NCBI GenBank assembly: GCA_002269645.1
Contig: NIVC01002839.1
Coordinates: forward strand, 72,196 to 136,195
Origin: Macrostomum lignano
Lineage: Eukaryota
DNA: 64,000 nucleotides
Direction: 5' to 3'
The first letter of the stretch is position 1, and each line of letters begins with the position of its first letter. The position numbers were made by a program, and so were the translations under genes. Below the pieces are notes generated by a model. That model was not told the origin of the DNA. It saw nothing but the letters and a program-made list of their open reading frames with translations, and searched no databases. Of the stretch, positions 12,818-24,829 are shown piece by piece.

Positions 12818-12961
12818 TCCTGCAAAGAAAATGAGGCTTAACATCAATGGTAACACCAACACCGTTGAAATCGTTTTCGAGTGAGTGCTTACAAGACGCT
12901 TCTAAATCTTACTATTTGAACTTCCTGTTGTTGGTTTACATATGTTAAATACAACTGTTTA

Positions 12962-13027
12962 TAGCAGGACTGAGAACTATTTCTCAGGCCTCGTTTGGGG
13001 ACTGAGAAATGGTTCTCAGTCCTCCTA
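12962..13027. other. Palindrome downstream of the recombinase
   Basis: AGGACTGAGAAC/GTTCTCAGTCCT perfect arms plus TATTTCTCAG/CTGAGAAATG inner arms. Confidence 0.9.
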
Positions 13028-13454
13028 CAACCGATAAATTACCATAGAAAAATATATCTATTATATTATACTATTATACGTATGTATATTGAGAATTTTT
13101 TCCAATGCTCGACCAATGCCTTACGCAATGCCAGATTTTTGCGCTCAGGCACCGAACTGAGACTTAAACGGAGTTACAAGTATACAATTATCTGTGAATA
13201 AGTAAAATTAACAGTTCACTACGGAAAGACTGGACTTGGTTAAATTAAAAACGTTCAATAAGACAAAGTTTATAGTTCTACTGAGATCTTAAACAGAGGG
13301 TAAATATAATTGGTGTTATATTTTTGTAAAACTGCTGATCAAGTCAATAGTTTTGCCATCAGGAGTCCGAGTTCAGAGTGAGTTGTCGTCAGTGCCAGCG
13401 AGTCTCAAGCTTTGATGAAGCGAGTTGGGTCTGAGATGTGGCTGCGGTTTACAT

Positions 13455-13649
13455 TTAACCAAGCCTAACCCTGACCCTAGCCCTGATGAACTTCTTGGCG
13501 TTGTGAACGGCCTCCTCCGACATGCTGGACTCGTCCACGTTGGACAGAGCCTCCAGATCGGCCATGGCCTCAGCCTTCTCCTCCTGGGTGGGCTCGGCGA
13601 CAGCCAGGGCTGCGCACAGCAAAAGTCCGAGAGCGAGTTGCCACTTCAT
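13455..13649 (-). CDS. Small secreted peptide precursor (64 aa)
   Basis: ATG start, signal-peptide-like MKWQLALGLLLCAALAVA, acidic spacer, KK, then FIRARVRVRLG-stop. Confidence 0.7.
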   Translation of the reverse strand: MKWQLALGLLLCAALAVAEPTQEEKAEAMADLEALSNVDESSMSEEAVHNAKKFIRARVRVRLG

Positions 13650-14710
13650 AATTGCTTGAGTAGGATTGATATTCGAGTGTTTGAGCTAAGTCGAGTCTGG
13701 AGCTTGTTATCTTGAGCAGTTGGCAGATGCGAATTTATGCGCATCGGATTGGCACGTGTTTCCGCGGTCGGAGCAGCGGCGTTGGCTGAGTTGAAAGCGT
13801 TCGTGTGAGCAGGGCGGAGCAGAGACTGTACGGCTTGTCTATATGTTTAACAGGCAGAATTTGTTTGCTAGATGACCTATGCAATCAAATGGTATCTTGA
13901 GTTTTCTTATAACTCTTTATGACTTTTATTGACACTTCGCATGCATAGTAAATTTGAATGACAGTCGCTCAGGCAGTTGCACAGAATTAGGATGTCAGTA
14001 AAACCGTGACTTCAATTGTGACGTAACAACCCTTGAGTTGTCAGGGGTATTCTTGAACTCCACTCCCAGACTCCCAGCTGTGGAGACATTCTTGAGACTT
14101 CTTGACATTTCTAACTTGCATTTTAAGCTTGTAAAGCAACACTTTGCGATGAAACGTCAGATTTATTCTCCAAAAATAACGAGCATGAAGTCATGTAACA
14201 TACTACAACAACACAAACTTCGTGGTTTTTCGTAAACTACAAAGCGTTGCTTTACGCTCAAATTTGTCACAGACAAAATGTTCTGCTTTGCCCATAGGGT
14301 CAACAGTCTGAAAGGGGGGATCCTCATGTTTTTGGCGTATTCCCAGCTACAGCCTTTTGAAACTAGACTGTCTCTTTTTGATAGTAGTATTTGAAGTTGT
14401 TGTTTTATATACTGGCATTCCTCAAGTTCAAAAGCCTCTCTCTCTCAGAGCGACTCTCTGTCTGCGAAGATCCACAGGACTAACAAATGCTCTAAAAATA
14501 GTAACAGTCTCCTGTGCAAACCGTCTATGGCCGCTGGCTTAGGTAATTTCGATTGAAAATCGAAGTCTGTGTCCCTCAGCTAAGCCGTACAGTACCACAT
14601 CACATCAAGCCGAGCGAAAACAAGCCTCGAGCAACGCCGAAATTTCAATCGAAAACTTCGAAATCATCAATTGCACTTTAGCTAACCAAAGCAATTCAAA
14701 GTTCGACACA

Positions 14711-17700
14711 ATGTCTGAAGAAGTGAGCACTCCCGGTAGCACTACTGATCGACTAATGCGAATGCAGCTGTCCCCCTCGGCTCCAACCGCAGCCAATGTC
14801 GGAGAGTCTCCAGCACCCGAGGCCGAAGATCTCGACGAGTTAATCGCGCAAATAGTCAGCAACGATCCGCCGACGCGATTTTTTGGCATACAAAATCTGC
14901 GCCGACGTGTCTGCGACGATCGCGAAAGCTCCTATGCCAGACTGTTGCGCAGCCCCGCTTTCGATGTGATTCTTGAAGGCCTGGGCAATAGTCAGCTACC
15001 GGACATGCAGTACGAATGCGCCTGGGTGCTGACCAATCTGCTGTCTGGCCGACAGGAGAAGTTCGACCTGCTAGCCCGAGGAGGTCTCTGCCAGCCGTTG
15101 GTGAAGCTGCTGGACGCTGGCGCTTCAGCCGATCGAACTCGTGAACAAGCTTGCTGGGCCTTGCCAACATTGTCGGCGAATGTGCCGAATGGCGCGACCA
15201 AACTTTGGTCTGCGGCCTCCTGCCAGCGCTGACCTCGCTGCTGGACTCTCGACCATCGTCCGGCGTGTTGGATGCCACTTCGCTGCTGCTAGTGAATCTG
15301 TTCCGCGATCACGAGCCGCGAGTCAGCTTTGAAGTGGCCAAGACTTTGGTGCCCTACCTGATGCAGCTGATGGATCATCCGCATAGGTAAGCTGAGATCA
15401 GTGGTGTACGCTCAGGGAGCCAACAATAGGTGCGTGTTTGGAGGGGCCAGCCGTCTCTTGGTGTGTGTGGGTGTCCCTGTCTCTTAATGTTGGGTGTCCC
15501 TGTCTCTTAATGTTGAGTGTCCCTGTCTCTTAATGTTGGGTGTCTCTGTCTCTTAATGTTGGGTGTCCCTGTCTCTTAATGTTGGGTGTCCCTGTCTCTT
15601 AATATTGGGTGTCCCTGTCTCTTGATGAGTAGGCGTCCCTGTCTTTTGGTGTGTAGGCGTCCCTGTCTTTTGGTGTGTAGGCGTCCCTGTCTTTTGGTGT
15701 GTAGGCGTCCATGTCTTTTGGTGTGTATAGGTGTCCCTGTCTCTTAATGTTGGGTGTCCCTGTCTCTTAATGTTGGGTGTCCCCGTCTCTTAATGTTGGG
15801 TGTCCCTGTCTCTTAATGTTGGGTGTCCCTGTCTTTTAATTTTGGGTGTCCCTGTCTCTTAATGTTGGGTGTCCCTGTCTCTTAATGTTGGGTGTCCCTG
15901 TCTCTTAATGTTGGGTGTCCCCGTCTCTTAATGTTGGGTGTCCCTGTCTCTTAATGTTGGGTGTCCCTGTCTCTTAATGTTGGGTGTCCCTGTCTCTTAA
16001 TGTTGGGTGTCCCTGTCTCTTAATGTTGGGTGTCCCTGTCTCTTGTTGTGTTGGAGTCCCTGTCTCTTGTTGTGATGGAGTCTCTGTCTCTTGTTGTGGT
16101 AGAATCCCTGTCTCTTGTTGTGGTGGAGTCTCTGTCTCTTGTTGTGGTAGAATCCCTGTCTCTTGTTGTGGTGGAGTCCCTGTCTCTTGTTGTGGTAGAA
16201 TCCCTGTCTTTTGTTGTGGTGGAGTCCCTGTCTCTTGTTGTGGTAGAATCCCTGTCTTTTGTTGTGGTGGAGTCTCTGTCTCTTGTTGGGTGGGTGCCAT
16301 TGTCTTTTCGGTATTCGGAGGTTCGTCTTACGAGTCGTATTTCAGATGGAGAACTAACACACAAAAGCCAACAGCCAACTATAACACAGACTCTCCAGAC
16401 ACCTTAGTGCCATCAATACGCACATGTCGTCACGAATACAAATCTTAATAATAGGCCTGGCTTTCTTTCTAAATGGTCGAATACGAATGACAGTTACACT
16501 TTGAAAGCCAGGCAGTAAAACTTCGATTGACTTTTAGAAGATCTGTCTATCAAAAAGTCTCCGTGCATTTCAAAAGCTCAAATGCCCACCTCAACTCTCA
16601 GGTCTCTCGTTCCTCACCTACTTTGGGCAATGTCCTACCTCATCGAAGATAGCGAGCCAAGAGCCAGCCTCCTACTCAGGGAAGATGTGCTTCATCATTT
16701 GCGACGCTGTTTAACAAGCGGAGACGACAACGAGTTAATACCTGCTCTGCGAGTGTTTGGCAATTTCGCCTCGTCCATGACTCTGCTGCCAAACTGCGTG
16801 CTGGCAGACAATCTGCTAGCCAAGATGAGACCTCTGCTTGACCATTCGGACGCCAAGGTTCGCCTGCAGGTGCTGTTCTTCACCAGCATCGCGTCGGACG
16901 GACCGGACACCTTCCTGGACCAGATCGCCGATGCTGGTTTCCTGCCTCGCGTTGGCCAAATTCTATTAGAAGCTGACGAGCGCGAGAAACGCGAAGCCTT
17001 CTGGATTGTACCGAACTTTGTCATCACTAGGGGCAACAAGTTTGTAAGCTATTTGCAAGGTTAAACGAACATGTTTAAACTAGCCGATTTAAATTATTAT
17101 TTATTTTGCAACTAAAATATTTTATAAATTGCATAATCCCGCATCCTGCGGCTTCCACTCAATTGTACACGAATCACGTGACACCTATCCAGGAATCCAG
17201 GAAATGGCACCTATTTACGACTCAAAGTCGCACCTATCCACCAATCACTCATCGCACCTATCCACCAATCACTCATCGCACCTATCCACCAATCACTCAT
17301 CGCACCTATCCACCAATCACTCATCGCACCTATCCACCAATCACTCATCGCACCTATCCACCAATCACTCATCGCACCTATCCACCAATCACTCATCGCA
17401 CCTATCCACCAATCACTCATCGCACCTATTCACCAATCGCACGTCTCACCTACTCACACTCCGTTGTCTTTCACAGAAAAATCTCGTCGTCGAGAACTGT
17501 CTGGAAGGCTTCCTGGAGACGCTGACCCTGTCGGACACCGAGCTCACCCACTGCGTGCTGCTAAGCGTTCGCGAACTTCTAATCAGCGCTGCCAGACGCA
17601 AATCCGAAGACAGCGGTCAAAGTTTCGAATCGTTGCGCAAACAAATCGAACACTGCGGCGGATTAAAAAAGATCGAATTGGTGCAGAATTTGGCCGACAA

Positions 17701-18763
17701 CGATTTGGCTCAGATGAGTCGACAGATTATTGACGACTTTTTCGTTCACAATGGAGCGCTTTATGAGACCAACTCCGCTGCCGGTCTGGATGAAGGAGCG
17801 AACCCTGGTTCTGAGCCAGCTGCAGATGTAGGAGAGGTGGGGGCTGAGGCTGCTGGTGAGACTGCCAATGAAGCTATCAATCAAGCTACAAATGAAGGTA
17901 CCAACGAAACTACAAATGAAGGTAACAACCAAGCTACCAACCAAGCTACAAATGAAGGTACCAATGAAACTACCAATGAAGGTACTAACCAAGCTACCAA
18001 CCAAGCTACAAATGAAGGTACCAACGAATCTACCAACCAAGCTACAAACGAAACTACCAACGAAGCCACAAACCAAGCTACCAACGAAGCTACCAACCAA
18101 ACTACAAATGAAGGTACCAACGAAGCTACCAACGAAGCTACCAACGAAGCTACAAACGAAGGTACCAACCAAGCTACAAACGAAGGTACCAACCAAGCTA
18201 CAAACGAAGGTACCAACCAAGCTACAAACGAAGGTACCAACCAAGCTACAAACGAAGGTACCAACCAAGCTACAAACGAAGGTACCAACCAAGCTACAAA
18301 CGAAGGTACCAACCAAGCTACAAACGAAGGTACCAACCAAGCTACAAACGAAGGTAGCAACCAAGCTACCAACCAAGCTACCAACCAAGCTACCAACCAA
18401 GCTACCAACCAAGCTACAAATGAAGCTACAAACGAAGCTACCAACCAAGCTACCAACCAAGCTACAAACGAAGGTACCAACCAAGCTACCAACCAAGCTA
18501 CAAATGAAGGTACCAACGAAGCTACCAACCAAGCTACAAACGAAGGTACCAACCAAGCTACCAATGAAGGTACCAACAAAGCTACGAACGAAACTACCAA
18601 CGAAGCTACGAATCAAGCTACCAATCAAACTACCAATAAGGCTACGAATGAGGCTACCAACGAAACTGCAAATGAATTTACTAACGAAGTCGGAATGGAG
18701 ACAGTAAACAGGATTGCGCAGCCAACGCTCGAGGTGGCCAATGAAAAGATTGCTAGCGAATGA
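14711..18763 (+). CDS. Divergent importin-alpha-like ARM protein (exons 14711-15386, 16602-17043, 17477-18763; frameshift near 15160)
   Basis: YECAWVLTNLLSG, REQACWALANIVGE, LLWAMSYL, PALRVFGNFAS, EKREAFWIVPN, IEHCGGLKKIELVQN...SRQIIDDFF match importin-alpha ARM repeats and C-terminus. GT-AG junctions preserve phase. Confidence 0.88.
15470..16290. repeat. Intronic minisatellites (23-bp TGTCTCTTAATGTTGGGTGTCCC, then a ~27-bp variant)
   Basis: Visible tandem units in importin-alpha intron 1. Confidence 0.95.
17230..17440. repeat. 24-bp intronic minisatellite CACCTATCCACCAATCACTCATCG
   Basis: About 8 visible copies. Confidence 0.95.
17870..18690 (+). repeat. Coding 12-bp-based repeat (TNQA/TNEG/TNEA) in the importin-alpha tail
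   Basis: In frame within ORF 17129..18763. Confidence 0.85.
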
Positions 18764-19515
18764 TAACGCTAAAAAATAACAAGTGACGGTTTTATTAGCC
18801 GTTGTCGTTAAAAAGTCGCTAGCAGAGAAACAAAGCGGGGAATTAAGTTTGCATATAGGAACAATTTATTTGTTTAAATCGTTTCGCAAATAAGGCAATT
18901 CAACCAGATGAGCAAATGCAATTCTGCCAAAATCTTCATTTAAATTTCTCTGCCCACGTAGCAATGAGCAATGTAAAAATATCTTCCGCTTTGAAATGAC
19001 AAAACTATTGCAAATAAAGCTGGACTCTCCTGGCCAACTTCATTAACCTAATAGCTGGTTATTCTCCTTGCTTGGGAATTCTTTTTATTCAAAACAGGTG
19101 AGGAGCAGGGAAAGAAGGGAGAATCTAGCTAGAGGCAAGAGTGGAGAATAGATGGAGAGAGAGAGAGAGGGCATAGTGGAGAGAGAGAATAAATAAGATG
19201 AGAGGGGAGAGGAGATAAAAGAAGACGAACCTTACGAACCGAACCGTACTGCTGTTGTGAAGTTCCCAAGGACCCAACGGCCGGATAGAGAGGCTTCGCT
19301 AGCCGGAGTTTGTCGACCCCCTGTTGTTCAACCTAAAAGCTGCATGCAGAATTTTGACTAAATCGCATGTCTCTGTGACGACAGGGGGAACTGCACTTTA
19401 ACTCTTCATCTTGAAATTACGAAATGACTTTATACAGGAAATACATGTCCGAGCGTACATGAACATTATATTACAATTTAATTCACCCAGAGTTATATAA
19501 ATGAGCCATCTCATC

Positions 19516-20622
19516 GGGAACCAGTTAATTCGGCGACAGGTTGACTCGGCGACAGCCAATTCGGCGACAGTCAGTTCGGTGTCATTTTGTCATCCATTGC
19601 GTTGAGTTTGAGTTTGCATGTTTACTCGGATTTCAAAATCAACATCGTATCGCATGTACATTACATGCACAATGAAATGCGTTCCACTCAAAAGCTCATT
19701 CACAATCGCTATCAAATGAGCTATCAAATCACACGACTGCTGTATACAAAGTATAATGAATAAAGGGAACACAAAGTTAAGTTAGCTTTTAAAATATACA
19801 AAGCGAAGATCGAAAGTAAAAATGAGCTACGTATTTTGAGTGTGCGGTCTTTGCCCGTCTTAGCATGTACATCATTTGGATTCAATCGATTGATTTTTTG
19901 CCTATTATGTGGTGATGCATATTAGCTCGTCAATGCGCGACAACTCAGAATGGGTAGAGTAGAAATTGAATTTGCAATAATTGTAACAAATGGACAGTAT
20001 GGACCACTGCATTGTATGCAAGAAGACTGTCACCAATGACGCTGCCGCCATTGACTGTGATGTATGTCACAAGTGGCAAATAGAATGTAATTCCGGTAAG
20101 TATTTGTACATGTACCACTGAAATACCAAAGTAATTTGGTGCTGGTAGAATACATGAAATACAGTTAACGTATGGTATACAATGTACATGTACAGTGATA
20201 CGAGTGTCAGTTCAATTCTGTGTGCAGGCATCTCTAAAAGACTCTATACTCGTCTTAAGTCTGTTGATTCATTCGACTGGAAGTGCAAGAGTGCAAGCAA
20301 TGCAATCAACGAATACAGGCAGCAAAAAGAGGTAGAAAAAAAGCAGCCCGTGTCACAGTCCCAGAAAAGTCTGCTGAGCTACACTGCTCAGCTGATGCTG
20401 CTGCTGCCCGTGTCTCTACTGCAGTGCAAGAAGAAATAATTAATGCGTTAAAATGGTTAAAACAAACCTTTATTTAAATGGCAAGGACAAATGGCAATAT
20501 GTTAAATTTCGTTTTCTAGTTTCGTAGCTTTCGTAGCATTCGCCGAATTGGCTGTCGCCGAACTGACTTGTCGCCGAATTGGTTTTCGCCGAATTAGCTT
20601 GTCGCCGAATTAACTGGAAGCC
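19516..20622 (+). mobile_element. Non-autonomous TIR DNA transposon, probably MULE-like, carrying a split PHD finger
   Basis: TIR CCAGTTAATTCGGCGACA with subterminal TCGGCGACA arrays at both ends; flanking direct repeat AGCCATCTCATC (19504-19515, 20619-20630). Internal CIVCKK...AIDCDVCHKWQ-IEC|GISKRLY...DWKC. Confidence 0.75.
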
Positions 20623-22202
20623 ATCTCATCAGTGTCCTCAGCTGCCCTACCGGCGAGGACAGGGGCAGGCTGATGTCGCGGCTCCGAGGTCGAGGCGGGA
20701 CCCTGTGGACTCTGATGTATTTGTGAACTATAACAGCGTTTTTTTTGTTGCTGTCATTTGTAACATGTACTACAGTAAAAGCGAATAGTTTCAGTTAGTA
20801 CTATTCCTGTGAGAATAATTCAATTGCTGCCTGATCACCACCTTCCATCACCTCTGCTGCTGTCGCCGCCGCTGGCGGTGGTATATTTAGTATAAAGGAT
20901 GTGTAGTTTATCCACTACTTCTGTCTCTACAACAACAAAGAATGGAACACAAAAACCGGTTTTAAATGCCTGGGGGTAATTTTTTTGGTAGCCAAAAGCC
21001 TACTGCCAAGCCAGGCCAGTAGTGGAAAGGTCGGTGCATGGAGTCTCATATCAAACTGATGCGCGAGTCGAGTACGAGCTTATATTTAACTTTTCAAAGA
21101 GAGAGAGAATTCATGAAAGCTGGTCTTCGCTTGCGTTCTATTTACTGTCCTCGCCTTCTATAGGGCAAGGGGGTAGCAGTGATGCGGTTCGATCGCACGT
21201 ACGTATCAAAGCTGCCACGCAGCGGGCCTGTGCCGCACTTTTAATGCGCGACCAACACGAGAGTCGATCATTTGTGCAGGCCGCGTGGCCTAAACAGCGT
21301 TGAACGCTGAGATATACTGCAGATTTCAATATAGAAACGATCACTGTACTAGTTCAATAAAAAGATGGTCGAAAGACTGGTAAAGTTTGCATGTCCAGAA
21401 ATCTTACAGTGCATTCTTCGTGCAAACCAAATTCTCAAAATTAATGATGTTAATTCAATTTCTATCCCTCGCCCAGTTGCATCAAGGACTATACTCAAGT
21501 AAGACTGGAAACTACGTTTCTTGGAAAATTTTAGGAAGCAGGGTTTTTTCCGAAAAAATACACTACGGAGACACGGATACACTATGGAAGTTTTCTTTTC
21601 AGCACAAAAATTGTTATTGTTTTCGATTTTCGATAGGAGGCAGACCCACGGCACATGTTTATCTTTCGATATGTTTTGCCTTTTTTCGAACACAATCAGT
21701 CTTCTGTATGGTATTTTTTGTACTGAGCTTTTTTGAATAGTTAATACCAATGAGAATAAATACCCTCAGAACGTTTCTTAAGTGATGCTTTTGTTTTAAT
21801 CTCTTAACGTGTAATCTCAGTCAATCCTTGCCGCACTTTTTTAAATGAAGACCTGCTTGAATAACTATTGCGGCCTTTAACCGTAAGGCAAGATGCTTTG
21901 AGCCTGACCAGAGTAATAATGTTTGAATTAATATTGTACGTGTCTCCCTAAGTAAGGATACGCAAGACTATATTGAAGAATAAAAGCTTATATGATATTC
22001 TATATACAAAATGTAGTAGTAATTAGGCCCACTAGCTAGTACTACTATTACTATTACTAGTACTATGCCAAAAGTCATATAATAGCCCCTAATTTTTCGG
22101 CATCTACAAAATATCTAACATAGGAATCGTAGCATAACTGTAAAAACAAAAAAGGCAATTCTTTGACTGTATGCAGGAGTCTAATTACTGATAATAGTGA
22201 TT

Positions 22203-22317
22203 GGCTATCCTGTAGTAGTTTCGCACGTTAAATTATTTTACGGAATTATTTCGCCCTCTATTCAAGGGTGGTGGGGGGTGGGGGTAATAATTCAACGTGC
22301 GAAACTACAGGATAGCC
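22203..22317. mobile_element. Tiny MITE-like inverted repeat (~33-bp arms)
   Basis: GGCTATCCTGTAGT(AGT)TTCGCACGTT.AATTATT and its reverse complement. Confidence 0.6.
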
Positions 22318-22491
22318 TAGTGATTTAATTGCAGTGATTTTTCACCTTTTAAACTTTGTCTGACTGGGAATATTCCAACCATTGTGATTGTTCCAACATG
22401 TAATGCGGTTAAATAGTTCTTTTCAGCACTGGACAAACAACAAGATATGAATATATATATCATATTCTATATATATAAAATAATTAAAAAT

Positions 22492-22878
22492 ATAATTAAA
22501 AGCAAAATACCCTGTCCTTAGTCTAAACTTGGAAATCTAGAAATTTTCTATAATTGTACCTATATGGCATATAGGGAGTCTAATGATTTTATTCTGGTCT
22601 AGATAGCCTTAGTATATATATAAATATTATATTATATATATTAATATATAAATATATCTACTAATATAAATATTAGCCAATTTTTTTAATTTTTAATTTT
22701 TTACTTTTTTTTATTTTTTTAATTATAAATATATCTGCTAGGCCTAATATATATATACTAAGGCTATCTAGACCAGAATAAAATCATTAGACTCCCTATA
22801 TGCCATATAGGTACAATTACAGAAAATTTCTAGATTTCCAAGTTTAGACTATGGACAGGGTATTTTGCTTTTAATTAT
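22492..22878. repeat. Fold-back element with ~130-bp near-perfect inverted arms
   Basis: 22492-22622 is the reverse complement of 22748-22878 with about 2 mismatches; AT-rich spacer. Confidence 0.9.
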
Positions 22879-23629
22879 TTTTTATAATATAGGCCCCTAT
22901 CTTATAGACTTCTGGCCATAATAAAAATCATCAGTTAAGCATCAGTATAACAATTCTTGGATGACATTTTCATTAAGAGTTAAAGAGTTGTTTGCAAAAA
23001 ATTTTTGGCAACTCTTGTCATATCATATTTTTTAATAGGTTAAGATTGACATGAGCTATATATATTTAAAGATACCCTTGACATCTAGAATGGACTTTGG
23101 AAGACACATTTTCATGGAAATAATGGTCAATCATTTGCATACTTCTTATAGTAGGAAGTCAAGAATCTTATTAATTATTGTATACAAGTACTACTTTGAT
23201 ATGAAAGTAATAAAGATATTGTAAATGGAAAGTATGCCATGACAAAGCCAAAGAATAATACTCCTACAATTTTTTTCTTTATCTCTTTTGTCCTAATCCC
23301 CAGATATCTAGAGATATCTGAATCTAAAAATCTATAAAATAACACTTTAAACACTAAAATCTATTATGAAATAAAAAAGTTATAGACATTTTACTACAAA
23401 AAACTTGCTTTTTGCCCAAAAATAGCACAGTTTTTAGTGTATTTGAGATAGGGAACAAACACCATTTTTTGAAACAAAAAACTTTATAACTTTTTTATTA
23501 CTTGATCAATTTTCAAAAGTTTGGTGTCATTTCACTCATAACATACAGGGCTACAACATGGCATGGTTAAAATTTTGGAATTCAAAAATATTTTTTCTCA
23601 CTTGAACCCCTATTCCTATGTAGCCTATA

Positions 23630-24350
23630 TCTCTACATATAAAAATCAAAACTGTCTGTCTATGTGTGAACAATTTTGATTGCTTTGGACTCCCAAACCG
23701 CTCAGTCAAACTACACCAAATTTTGCACCCACCCTAAATTCACTACAGAAAGTGTCTAGGCTACCTTAAAATTTCCTAAATTTGAGTCTTCACACCTAAA
23801 AGTGCAAAAAACTGCTTAAAATGCACGATTTTTTCACTAAATCCTCCATAGCGCCGCTCCACTTTTACCTATCGTCTTCAAATTTAACACAATCAATCTC
23901 CAACTATTTTGACACAATCGTGTAAAATTTCGAGTCTTAAAGTTAATCCTGAACGGCGTTGTGCACTTTTAAAGTTAGGCTGTTTTTTTGGCAAGGCAGC
24001 CAGCCTAACCTCCGCCCGCCTGCCTCTCTTTCCCGATCTGGGCAAAGGGTAAATAGGTTTTAAAATGACTAACTTTTGGCTACCATAAGTTTGCTCCACG
24101 TAAAGCGATTGACTTCAAACTTGACACAATTCTTCATTGACTCATTATCTATCTAAATGTAAAGTTTCAACTCTGTAACTCAATCAGAACAGAAACTGTA
24201 AGCATGTGAAGTTTGTCTGCTTTTTCTGTTGTTTGTGCCGCTCACTCACTCATTCCCCCAGCCCAGACAAAGGGTCAGGCGATAGGGCTCAATGTACATA
24301 GCATTAGCAAATATCCTTATCTTTCTAAGAATTCTAGAAAGTATAACACT
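23630..24350 (+). mobile_element. Possible non-autonomous Helitron-like fragment
   Basis: TCTCTACATATAAAAATC...CTGTCTGTC...ACCAAATTTTGCAC resembles common invertebrate Helitron 5' ends. No clear 3' hairpin-CTRR end. Confidence 0.25.
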
Positions 24351-24829
24351 TCTTCTATTTAGCTTCTAATGGTTAATTGCCAATTTTCTAATTTTTATAT
24401 AATGCCGCAAGGTATGGTTTATTTTATACAGTGTTTCGGAATAACTTTTTAATAGCCTTCTCTGCATCTCCGCGCATGGAGAGGCTACGTTTAGCCATGA
24501 CAGTTTAGTGAGAGATTCAAAACCACTGTCCTCTGTATAGACAAGTCTGCAGCAGTTTAACAGTGGATGCCGGATGGCAAATCAAGGCGATTCTGGATGG
24601 TTTGTAAAAATAGCAAAAAATTAATGAATAACTGATTACAATGCAATCCTACTAAATTAGTTACACCACGAATCTTTTAACTTTAAGTTTCGCATAAGGT
24701 ACTTAAAGCATGAGAAATGATAACAACTAAGTCCCAAGAACTGGCTTTCGAAGCTGCGAAGCAGGGATCGGCAGATTTTTACCTCAAAGGCCAGATAAAG
24801 AATCCAGCTCAAGGCTGCGCTGCGGGCCA

